A DNA stretch of 64,000 nt from positions 1,178,001 to 1,242,000 of the forward strand of contig CM119379.1 of the NCBI GenBank assembly GCA_051294905.1. The letters are read 5' to 3'. Positions 25,233-37,600 of the stretch are shown here, piece by piece. Position 1 is the stretch's first letter; the number at the start of each line of letters is the position of its first letter. A program made the position numbers and the translations under genes. Source of the stretch: Botryllus schlosseri (lineage: Eukaryota). The notes under the pieces were generated by a model that saw only the letters and a list, made by a program, of their open reading frames with translations, made no database searches and was not told where the DNA came from.

Positions 25233-25607
25233 TATGGTCACAGTGACTCTCAACATATTTTAAAGTTATAATGTTTGTTCCAAGTTATGAGTTAATAAGA
25301 GAGTTTATCACCAAAACATTAACTATTATATCGCAAATGTATTTCTTCACCGAACCCTTAAATTTGACTTTCTTGAGCTCCATATGATAGCTGAACTTCT
25401 ATTCGTTGATAGCACTTTGTGTACAAGTGTTATAAATTAAAATCAGCATTTTTCGATCAGCAATTATTGCATTGCAATGCATTTATGTAACACCTGGCCT
25501 TATTTTCGCTTCTGGAGTAGCGTACTGAGTAGAGCGGACTGCCGGCTACTGCAAGGATAAAATATATCTATAAAATTCGCCCATACAAATAATAGGTATG
25601 TTACAGT

Positions 25608-25613
25608 TTATTT
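25608..25613 (-). terminator. Candidate polyadenylation signal of the SLC5A7-like gene
   Basis: AATAAA on the minus strand about 30 nt after the stop codon. Confidence 0.4.
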
Positions 25614-25643
25614 CCCATTATTACTTCATCATGAAATGTAAAA

Positions 25644-28600
25644 TTACATTCTCGGAGACGTGAGTTCGGTCGCATCTTCAAACGACTTTTCTTTCCTTTG
25701 CTTAACTTTTAGAACGTCAAAGCGACTTGGGATATACTCGTTGATCAGCAACCATTTAATGAAATAGGACGTGACAACCGTGGTACAAAACGTCAGCGCC
25801 ATTGCGAACGATTTCACTGGGAAGTTCCTGCCTCCTGGGTAGTTGAAGAGAGGAGGTAAATCCAAAAGATATTCACCCCCGCCGATCCGCAGCAGGATCC
25901 CGACGATAATCTCAAATATTGTTCCGTAAGCATTTGTGTCCAGATACAATGAACACACAAACTGCAAGTGAACATAATCACGATAACAGTCGTTGACATG
26001 TGGCCAGTGGTTCCCAACGATTTTTAGCTCGTGGCACACTAAAAAATTATAAAACGCTATTGGGACACATACAAAAAAGCTGCTTTTTTGTTCAGTGCTG
26101 GATACTTTTCATGATGCCAGTGTCATGGAGAGAGTGGTTCGAAGTTGGCATGCAAAGGATTTCAAACAAAGGTGTTATAATGACGGCAAAATTTGTAATA
26201 TATGAAAACGGATAACATAGTGCAGAACCTATCAAGGTTCGTTTCTAAACGCGAACCTCTAAATTTCTGGGGTTTGTACACCGAATGCGACCATGAACCT
26301 CTCGTTCACACCATCCCTACTAGCTACCCGTCTAAAATTGTGAACAAAATTACTGAAAAGTAATATAACAATGCAAGTTAAAGTCCAGGTAGCGTGCTCA
26401 GGTTTTGCGGAGTATGTTTTGTTTGTTTAAGAGTTGACTCACTAGTAGGGTTACAATACGTGGGACCCTCTTTTAGGAGGATTTCTCCTCCTTTTACAGG
26501 ATATCGAAAACGTCCTCCGAGGATGCCCCAATGTCCTCCTTTCCGGCAATTCGTCCTCATTTATAGCTTTGATAGCCAGGCGATTGTACAGACACAACTC
26601 ATAAACGCCCTAAATGACGCGAAATGTGGATTCCGATGGCAGTGACGACAAAAGCGATAACAAAAGGGCAACCATATTCTAATTTACGTTCGAACGGCTC
26701 TTTCCGGAGACGAATTGGAAAAATGACCCTTTTTATAGTCAACACAGCAGTATTTTCAGTAAAGATTTTCGTCCGGTATGATAAATTTTGTGATTTGTAA
26801 AAGGTGGCCTCTTATCCGGATCGCAAAATATAGTAACCCTTTTCACTATAGGAGCGTGACACCAACTAACGACTATCTTCGACACACAGCAGCCCAATAA
26901 TGAGCTGACTATTACACCATAGAGAGAGAGAGATATGATATTCCTTTTCGCCTGCACCATCGAGATGCTTTGACGGCGGAGTTGCGATAAGGCCCAGAGG
27001 TCATCTAGTCTGCGCCCCCGTTTGTTTTCTCCTCCATGCTATCCGTGATAGCTGCGGATACCAATTTTCGAGTCTTTGGTTTGACCCGGCCGGGGATCGA
27101 ACCCACGACCTACCGATCGAGAAGCCGGACGCATAACGCATTACACTATCTCGCTCGGCAATGTCATGATTGGTTCCATTGTAATGTTAACATAACATGT
27201 TCTTATTTATCAGCTATTAAGTAGTTAGAGCACCTTCAAGTCGCCTAATGCTTGCTTGCCTGCATGCCTTGTTTTTAAATATTTAATAAGGTGGGTGTCT
27301 GATTCCATAGTCTACTCGAAGTCGCTTCGACACCTTCCTATATTTTCCTTGTATCGCATTTTGTGGTGTTTTGAACTGATAAAAATTGCTAATAAACCAA
27401 CGAATAAAGTTTCATTCCAAGATTACAAAAATATTGACGGCACACCTGAAAATCTGTGGTGGCACACTACTGTGCTGCGGCATATAGTTTGGGAATCACT
27501 GGCATAGGGGGTATACGCGACACGTAGGCTACCTGCTGTTAAAACGTTTACGGACTTACTTGAGGCCACGTAAAAACATACGCCAAGTCTGCAGAGAGAA
27601 TGTATAGTATCAATATTGATTTGACTTTGATAGCAAAAGTTGCTGCAGCGATGCCGAATCCTAATATCGACAATCGTATTATCCACGTCACTTCCTGCTC
27701 GGATGCCTGTAACGAAATAGAGGAACAGTCAATGCTAATAATTCCCGTGGCATTGGGATTTCATTGTATTGCAATTCTTGTAGTAAGCCTATTTTGAATT
27801 GATGGAATTAATAATAAAATGATTCATATTAGCTGTATTAATAGGCAGACCTACACTCAGTCCGCAAAAAAACTTTACCTCCAAAATCTACATTTTCGAC
27901 AGAAGTATCGCGTTACCACGAAGCTTATGGTACGTCATAAGCTAGTGTCATGCTACACTTTACTGCACTGTCATTGCTCTGCGTGCCCACTGCTGGTTTA
28001 CAGTTTCCTGAATAGCTGAAATCGTACGAAACCTTCCATAAATCAAGAGGGCTTTCAAAATCCAGAGCCTGACTTATACTATTCGGAATCATACCATGAG
28101 GCAATATGGCCGCTGACCGTTTTAATTGGTTACTCGTCTCTCTCTTGAGATCCCAATATCTCTGGTTACTGTAATCACAAAACCTCTCATCTTTAATAAA
28201 GTCGAGACATGATCCTACTTTTTCCATTTACACATTCTTTCGAACTATTCACATCACTGAATGGATTATTGAAGCTATCGAAATTTTGAGAAAGTCAGCT
28301 CAGTTGTGCGATTTCGGTGACCTTACCATTTATGAAGCTGTAAACCAAGAGCCATGACCTTACACTAAAGTGTAGCTGGACGGTAGCTTATGACGTACCA
28401 TGAGCGTTGTGGAGACGCGATGATTTTGTACAGAACAATAAGCAACAAACTTATGCAGATTTCAGATGTAAAGATTTATTGCGGACTGAATATAAAGATT
28501 TTTTGCTAGCACTGTATGTCAGAAATGTACGAAGGATAGGCTGCTCTTACAGGAAAAACTTTCAGACCTGAAGTTGAGTTGGTGAGGACTTTGGCTATAT

Positions 28601-31600
28601 TGCAAGGGTGTAAAGGAATATCGCAAATGACATTATCTCATTTTCGGCGGCATTATTTGAAAGTAGAAGGCCTCTCGCTGATTTAGGACAATGATACACT
28701 CTGATATTATCATACTCATATTGAGGTGATATATGAAGTAGGGTTACCATATGTCCTCGTTTAAGAGGATTTGCCCTCTTTTTTCAAGAAATCCTCAGTG
28801 TCTATAGACGTATACGGAGGACGGCCAAATATCCTCTTTTTTGGGAATTTGTCCTCTTATCCTAAAAAAAGTGGTAAAATACGTGCAAAAATTGGACTCC
28901 GACTTGCTGAACGCCAGGGTTGGCTGAAAAAACCGAAAAATACGCCATTTCGGGAGCGAGATCGGAAAAATGACCTTATTTTAGTCAACCTAATACTACT
29001 GCTCGACAAAATTTCCAAATCACCCGTTTTCTCCTCCGGTATTATGGCTTTTAAAACTTTTGAAAGTGCCCTCTTTTTTCTGATCTCAAAATATGGTAAC
29101 CCTATTTCAGGGTGTCGTGGCAATCATAGCCCTTATATTGTAGTTATATGTGATAAATCCGCGAAGTATTTTTGACACCAGCAGAGTCATATAGCATGTT
29201 CTGCATTGATGGCGGGTAGTAGCGTTTTGTATCAATATGTTACCATTTTGGTTAATCTATAATGTTCATGGTGATCGATTCGAAGAAGTTATGTTTACTA
29301 CGAATTATCGCCGCATAACATTTAACGATATACTACTATGGTCAAGGTCATAAATATGCAATAACTACAACGAGTTGGCCATGTTTTCAACCTTTGGCCG
29401 CAAAACCGCATTGTACACATTCCTCCCGAAGACAGAGCCAACCGCCAGACCAGCCGCGTCTGCTGATGACATCACAGCCGCCGTGACCGCACTAACCCCC
29501 AGCACACCGACTGCAGTTGGAGTCAGGTAGCGTATTACTATCGGCAGAGTCTGGATTCCGTTTCCCAATTCAGCTGGGGATACACCGGTGCCGTTAAGAT
29601 AGTCGGTTAATGTCCAGTCTGAAAGAAAACGGTGCATGAATAGATCAAAATGATTGCGAAAAGTATATAACCGAGCAATGATCGGTTTTTGCTAGGGTTA
29701 CCATACTTTACCATGTAAACCATGTATGCAGTGGTTTATTATAATTCATGTAAAATTAATTGCGCGTACTTTTAGGTCGCCAACTCCCCGTTAAAATATC
29801 TCATCACGCTACCTCGGGTTATTGTCCCCAAAATGTTTCGAACTAGTTATTTTATCCCGCAGCGAACAGCGTGTCGAAATCGAAGAAAGAGGCACTGTAC
29901 CACTTTGAGTAGCCCTTTGTACATTTAAGATGCTTTGAAGCTTTTTGGGCAAAATGATTGACTAAAAGATAGGCTATTTGTATTAGGCAGTTACAAAATT
30001 AAATATTCAGAATTTTTCTTCGTCGTATCATAAAGGATGATACTGTTTACAGTATTGTGACCCGCAACCTTACATGAACTTTAAATAATATGGGTTGCTT
30101 TGTTTGGAATGCATTCATGTTAAAGTTAATCGACCAGATGGTGTGAGCCCGTACCCGATGGTTGTTATAACAACCTTGATTTGATCCCGATTATAACACA
30201 CACGATTATCATAGCGTTCATTAGCCGAGAGGTGCCGAGAGGCGCGATTCAAGATATTTTACTACCGTTCTTAAAATATGGGGGGCGCCAGATCCAGTCA
30301 ATTTTCAAAAGGGGGCGTTGCAGGAAAAAAGGTTAAGAACCACTGAGCTAAATGAACCCCGCGGTGGGTATAAACTGCACTAGGCACTCCAGGATAGCAC
30401 CGGTGTAGGGTAAAATGTGGTGCTGACTCGATGACCTTGCAGTTTCTATGCCTATCCGTCGTCCAAACACCTTGATGGTGCAGACGAATGCGTTTGACGT
30501 CGTTCTATTGTAGCCTATATGACGCAATTTAATTATCCTACTACGCATAGCCTATATGGGCCTATACGGCATCACCCAATACAAAGTTGTTCATAATATA
30601 TTTCTCAAAACAATAGCTTATTCCCATGTGGCTAGGTGAGCAAAGGAGTATTTTGTATTAGTTTCGGTCTTCAGGTAGATCCTGTTCACGCTGTTGGAAT
30701 ATGCTGAAACGCCAAGTACTTCAACCAATTGTGCGAAATTTCGGCGAACTGTTTCAAAAGGATCATTGCGAGGTATCTAGCAAATATGTTTGCACTCAAA
30801 ATTATCACGACGCGTATTAAAAACAAGAGGCTTTTGGTTCGCACCGTCCTCAAATGATAAACTCACTGGTTGAGGAGGCGACTGCTCCAATCAGTACAGG
30901 AGGAATCAGGAGTAGGATGGAAAATATTGTCCCGAAAACGGACATTATCTTCGCGTTCAATGTTGTGTCCATCGCCAGAAGACGTTGAAAAACAACTTGT
31001 ACCGGTACCGGGCCAAGCAGCTTCATGAGATGAAATGAATATGTTAAGACTGCTGCTTATAGGCCTACCATATTATCAACACCAATGTTCCCTCTAATTT
31101 TAGACGAGTCTGCGCGCACTCACCAACTCACTGCGCGGTCCCTCGGACAACAGTGCGCAACGACTAAAAAAAGGTAATCATTTCGGATTTTTTGTGCGCA
31201 GCTTAGATTTTCTGTGCGCAGAGACCGTGTCAGCAATGCGCATTTGCACACGTGCGCAGCTTAGAGGGAACATTGATCAGCACCAAAACAAAGAACATTT
31301 TTGTCGGAAAGTATAGAACCTTCACGTTTGAGTTTCATGATGCTTAACATTTCCCTGGTAGTTGCCAGCAAAAGTGAAAAAAAGTTACAAAAGCAGACAC
31401 AAAAACAAACTGTTGCCAGAAATATTGCGACAAGTCCTTGCATGTCAAACGAATCTGACCTTACACAGAACGTCGAACAATGTTTTTAATATTATCACGA
31501 AGGCGGGGCTAGTGGGGCGATTTGTTGGAAAATATTTTTCAAACCAACAATTCAGCATGCTTCATGGCTACAGTTGGGAGTAAATAAAACGTCTTGTCTA

Positions 31601-34600
31601 AAGGTCTTATTGAAATGCAAAAAAAACGACATTTAGGCATTTTTGGGCGTCCTCGATGGATTATTTACTTTTCATGAGAAGAGAGGACAAATCCTAAAAG
31701 AGGACGTGGTAGCCTATGTCTACTGCTATACAGCTGTAGCTTAGCAACACCGTATGCTTAAAAGTATTGGTTTATCAATGCATGTCACCCATGTCACAAA
31801 GTTTGAAAGCATACACAAACTACACGTTTTGTCTTAGCGGAATAGGATCCTAATTTTGATATTTTTATTTCAGCTTGGACGGACTGTGGAACTTTCGGCT
31901 GATTCACAGGGAGATATAATCATCGCCGCATCATTCTACGGTTATTAAACCAAGCCATTAAGATCTCCATTTTTATGAAGTTAACTCAGTAGCCCAAGCG
32001 GTGACATACCAAAGCCTATGATAAAATTTGGTGGTGTTAAGACCAGGGCTTTGGAGCAGCCGTAAATTTGCATTGCTCCAGCTCCGGCTCCGGAGCTTTC
32101 TTCTATCATACATTAGCTCCGGTTCCAGCTCCGGAGCCCCATTATTACCACTGCTCCGGCTCCAGCTCCGGCTCTGAAAACTATCGAAGGTGTCTGTCTA
32201 TATCAGGCGTGGGCAACCCGAGCAACCCGTGGGCAATTGCGACAGAAAGTATTTTCGCGTTTGCGGTCGCAGAAAGATCGTCGACGATGAAATGTAGGCA
32301 CAAAATGATTGTCGTATATTAGCGGAAATCTTCGATATCGATATGTGCAGATGCCGAATGGTCTTGTCCTTGCAAACTGATCTCAGCGGGCGGTATAGAG
32401 TAGAGCCCGACCGATATTGGATTTTTGAGCCGATACCGATAAAGCCGATATCCAGTACCTTCACCGATAACCCCGATATATTCAGCCGATATTCAAAAGA
32501 TATAGAATCTAGCTCAAGGCGCATATTCAACACCTCAAGAGTATTTAATTGAACATGTTTACAGCCATTGCTATACTTAACATGAAATGAATGATCTGGG
32601 GGGCAATAAAAGTATATCAGTAGGACCAGTCTAGCAGTTGCAGATTACAATTCACGAAGCATAATTTCTCTGCGTTTTCTCCAGGGACTGAGGGAGTGAA
32701 CTTGTGTGGTATTCATAAATGATGAAGGCTATACGGTACTAAACACAGTGAACAGTCTTTCCCTTGGTACCGTAGTTGGTAGCACAGCAAGAACTGGGAA
32801 TCTTTGTTTATTTTAGTTCCACGACTGCTGGGGATCTTTTCTTCATTGTTTCCACCAAATATTGATATTCTTCTGGCAGTGCAACGGGAGCCTTCAGAAC
32901 ATCATTAACAGCTGAAGAGAATGTGCAGAACAACTCAAATTGTTCACGTCAGCTCCACCCATCCCCTTGACTATGACCAGCATTCAACAATCAGCTGATC
33001 AATCTTTTACACACTGTCAGAATTGGCCCATGTCATTATGGAATCAAAAATATTCGTATGAATTGTTGGCTCTACTCCCTTTTTGCTTGATTTTCTTGCA
33101 CTCTATGCCCGGATATTCCGATATTCAGATGACTCCATACTGGATACTGGTATTTTTCGCTTTGTTGGTACCGAGCCTTGGCTTGTGAGCTTCCTACACA
33201 GACACCAACAGCACTATCTACAGGTAAATGTTTACACGCGACCTTTTTCTCTATCATCACGACTGTCAGTCCAGCTTGAATGAAGTATCCATTTCTCAAA
33301 TGAATCGATTTAAATCTTCTGCATACAACTTTCCATTCACTCGATGTCTGCTCTCTGTCTCTGGTTTTCGATCACCGCAGGGGGATTCCCACAGAAGTCA
33401 CTGGGGCATAACGGTGAAATTATATTTTTCACATAGGGCTACTGGCCTGTGTGGTGTGAGCATTGCAGCTTGGCCATTTGTCTTTATAATTTACTGACAT
33501 TCAGTGAAGACTTTGCGTCTTCTCTGACTCCCTACGACCATGTTGTGACGTCACGAAAATGGCCGATATTTTTTTACCTCCAGTCGCCGATACCGATATT
33601 TCTTTCCAAGTGTGATATCGACTCGATATTATCGGCGAGCCGATAATCGGTCGGGCTCTAGTATAGAGTCGACCCACAATATACCCAAATAATATTAATA
33701 TTAACTTTGAAAATTTTACACGCCTGGCGCGGCTAGTGGGCAGCGCACTCGTTCGTCAATTTCATGTGGCCCTTTAGCCGAAAAGATTGGCCAACTCTTG
33801 TCCATATAGATTACTAATTTACCCGTAGGTTAGTTATCTATATAGTAATCTAGAGTCTGTCAGCCGTCAGTACCATCGGATGCAGCAACGAAGACATAGG
33901 TGCCGCCGTGCCGGCTTGTGACGACATAATGAATACTTGTCAATTGTCGATAACATCATAGTTGCACCAGAACGCACTTTACTCCGTGCCATTGCTGTGT
34001 ACAGCATTAAAATGCCTATGCGACGTTTTAACACTGGCATTGTACTCGTTAACATTAAGCCATACAGCTCAATTCAATCTTTAAATGTGCGATTATTATT
34101 CAACTGAAACTGCAGTAAGAGCAATATGGGCGGATATAACGACGTGATCAATAGAAATTCGTTTTGTACCAAATGGCCAATGGTTTGACGTTCGATATTG
34201 GTGCACTCGTTACCAGTCCATCCGGTGTCGATCAAGTTTATCGGAATATAATATTTTCCCGTTGAAACGAATCGAATAATCGAATTAACACTGTACCATG
34301 CACATTGCGCCATGCCCATAACGAATTATACTATGCAGTAGGCCTTGCACATTGCACATTTACAAGTTTACGAAACAGATGATTACAAATCCAATCCAAT
34401 AATCCGCCCATCCAATAAGTCGCTGCTGAAGAGATTCGGCGTCCTAAACATAGAAGATATGCGGAAACTAGAAATCGCCAAGTTTATGTATCAGTTTCAC
34501 TGCGGTCGTTGCCCCGAATATTTCAATGACTTCTTTACCTCTGAATCAAAAGCGCACAAGTACAACACACGCGCGTCCACGTCGTCCAAATATCATATGA

Positions 34601-37600
34601 TCGACCGAAAAGATCATCGCTCCATCAAATATGCCGGACCTGATGTGTGGAACAGTATCCCGCCGGCCATCCGACAGTCGACGAGCATGTCCACATTCAA
34701 GTCTAAATACAAGCAATTACTACTAAATAAATACAGTCCATCCTCAAGATTACCGGACCACGACTGACCTATCGATCTCGCTTCCCATGACATGCCGCCC
34801 TATTTCTTGTCGCTTTCTTTTTCTATACTGTATTCTTTACTTTCATTCAGTGTGCATGCCTCCTCTTTACTACGCCTAGGCCAAGGTGGGTGTCCGATTC
34901 CATTGACAAATCCAAGTCGCTTCGACATCTTCCTGTCTATTCATTGTATCGCATTTTTTGTGGTGTATTGAACTGATAAAATTGCTAATAAACCAATGAT
35001 GATGATGATGAAAATTGGAAATAGCGAATTAAATCAGTAATTTGTCTCCAACATAAAATACCATGGGGTTTTGGGCTACTCTTCTGCCATCCCCTATTTA
35101 CGCTCGAAAGTCCTTACTGGAGTGAATGACGATGATGCGCAGTAATGAATTCCAAATCGCATGCATAATTGCATACTCAATAACACTGACCAATTTCGCA
35201 GCCCGATCACAAAAGAACGAGTATTTGCTCATCCAATTCATAGCAACGATGAGATGGAATTTCTCGGCTCGTGCTCGTCATAGCGGCATTGCAATGAAGT
35301 CACGTTTTTATCCTCTCTCACATTTCGCGTAATACATAGTGATCATTATTTTCGAACCGCATACAATTGGCCAACAAGGTTGTGCTGATGATGAAATTGC
35401 GGGTATGCCGAATACCCACAATATTCACAGGCTTATTTCGCATACCGAGGTTCGGCACTAATGTATGAAAATAGAACATTGAACATGCGACTGCTCTGCT
35501 GTTAAATCCCCAGGAACATGGTTATTAGTTAGTCGGAAAAGGTAGCGCCAAATAGGAAACGATTCTTAATTTCGCGAAGGCCTGCTGTTGAATTATGTGA
35601 ACTCAGCAGATATGGTTGTTGCATATATAATAGCATCTTATGAAATATACGTCGGAGCCGGAGCTACCCCTCAAATAACTGACTCCAGCTCCGGCTCCGG
35701 CTCCGGGTGAATTTTATGTAGAGCTCCGGCTCCGGCTCCAGCTCCGGTAAAAATGCACGGCTCCGGGGCTCCGGATCCAAAGCCCTGGTTAAGACAAGGC
35801 AATTCAGGGATCATAAACATACTATCGGTATGTGTAAAATGACTCCATTGATCTCAGAACATCATGAATACCAAATCACAACACTGTCGTTTTTAACGTT
35901 TTTCGGTTACGAAAGGGCAATATTTCCAAACAAATTTTGCGGAACGGTGGGCCTTTAAAAGTCAGAATCAACCCAAAAGTGTACTTACGACGGTAGTATA
36001 GAACCTAAAAGCAAACAACGGAATCTTCAGTTCAATGTGGAATTTGTACGCGTTTTTGTCTAATACAATTGTCTGTGGACTCTTTGATATCATTCGAGGT
36101 TATACGTGGCTTTATTTCGGTTTCTGCAAGGCGAAGCAAAGCGTTGACATTCAAATCTGAGATAATGTGTTTATCTGCCCGTTTAAATCTAGTAACATGA
36201 TTTTGACGGCTGAGCTCCTTCTGAAAGAAATACAGAATAGGCCGACGTGCTTTTTGCTAGACCCCATTATACCGTCGAAATTCTTTAATTTTTGTTCAAA
36301 AGACTTGCAGGCAGAGTGATATTTTATTCGTGATGTGCTTGTTAGAAAACGCTTGCTCAAATCCAACATATCGCTGCTAGACATTTTTATCTAAATCAGT
36401 GGTTCTCAAACTGGGGGGCGCGAAACAGCGGTCAACTGAAATTTTTTCGCGCTACGCGCGATTTACTTTCTATTCATACTTATTTCTCTATATAAAGTCC
36501 GAATTTCATAACCTTCCATGCCATCAAACTATCTGTTGTGGTTGCTAGCATCCCAGTTGGATTTTGTGATATGACGATGAAGGGGCGCGAAATTTTGTAC
36601 TATCATAAAGGGGGGCGTGTCTGAAAAAAGTTTAGGGAGCACTGATCTAAATGTTTTCTTTAGTTGATGCAGACTCCAGGAATTCAGTTATTAAATTACT
36701 CACAGCAGAATATGTGCTCTCAAAGATGGCCTACTGAATTGCGAAAAATGCGTTGCAGCGAAAAAGCGTGTGCAATCTCACCGTTGATAAAACAGTGTCA
36801 ACGTACGATCCAGCCGTATTGGGATCCCATGTACCAGACCAGCCACCATCGGGTGAAAATGATTCGCTGATGCTTGAAACGGCCTCGTTAGAAATCGCGA
36901 AGGGCGTTGCGATCACCTGAAAGAACCAACTGTCAATCAACGCCTACTAATTGACACGCATAGCAGTAACACTTGAGTAATTCATGGATAATGCCATTCC
37001 AAACCTAATGGACGAATTTTGCAACCAATGGTTATTTACTGACCAATCCAATCACCATAAATCCAAGTTCAATAACATCAGTGTACGCTACTGCGTAGAA
37101 TCCACCCAAAAGAGTGTACAAGGTTACGACAGCAGCAGACGAAATGATCGATGCTTCTCGTGATAGATCCACAGCAACCTCAATGGTACCCCCTGCGAAT
37201 AATATGAAAACTGACACGAGTGGTATAATTGAGAGCACTGGAATGAGTTCAAGGGAATTGGGCCTGATACTTGCCAAGGGCGTTAAGTATTGAGCCTGTG
37301 TAGACGACCGCTCCAAAAATCTCTATAAAAACGTACAGGAGTGTAAGTTTTCCCCCCAGTGACTCACAGATGGGATCGTAGACAGTCAGGTAATTCTGAA
37401 ACAATTCAATGTTATTTTTTGACTTGACTTTGACAGATGATACCAAAATTGTATCTCAGCAAGCGCAGGGCGTCCAAAATACATGCTACGTATTCTATGA
37501 CGGACACCACTCCGCATGCCCAACATTACTTAATATCGGTTACTTTTCAACACCTGGAACTATATTTATACTACGTAAAATTCACGAAACAACGTGTACA

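Larger units (their letters stand above)
32044..35787. mobile_element. hAT non-autonomous element with GGCTCC subterminal repeats, hosting nested insertions
   Basis: TIR CAGGGCTTTGGA and TSD GTTAAGAC. Confidence 0.88.

Noticed and set aside
32520-33530. BED-finger or transposase ORF inside the innermost hAT
   Set aside because: All frames have multiple stops and I found no convincing motif, so it is left unassigned.
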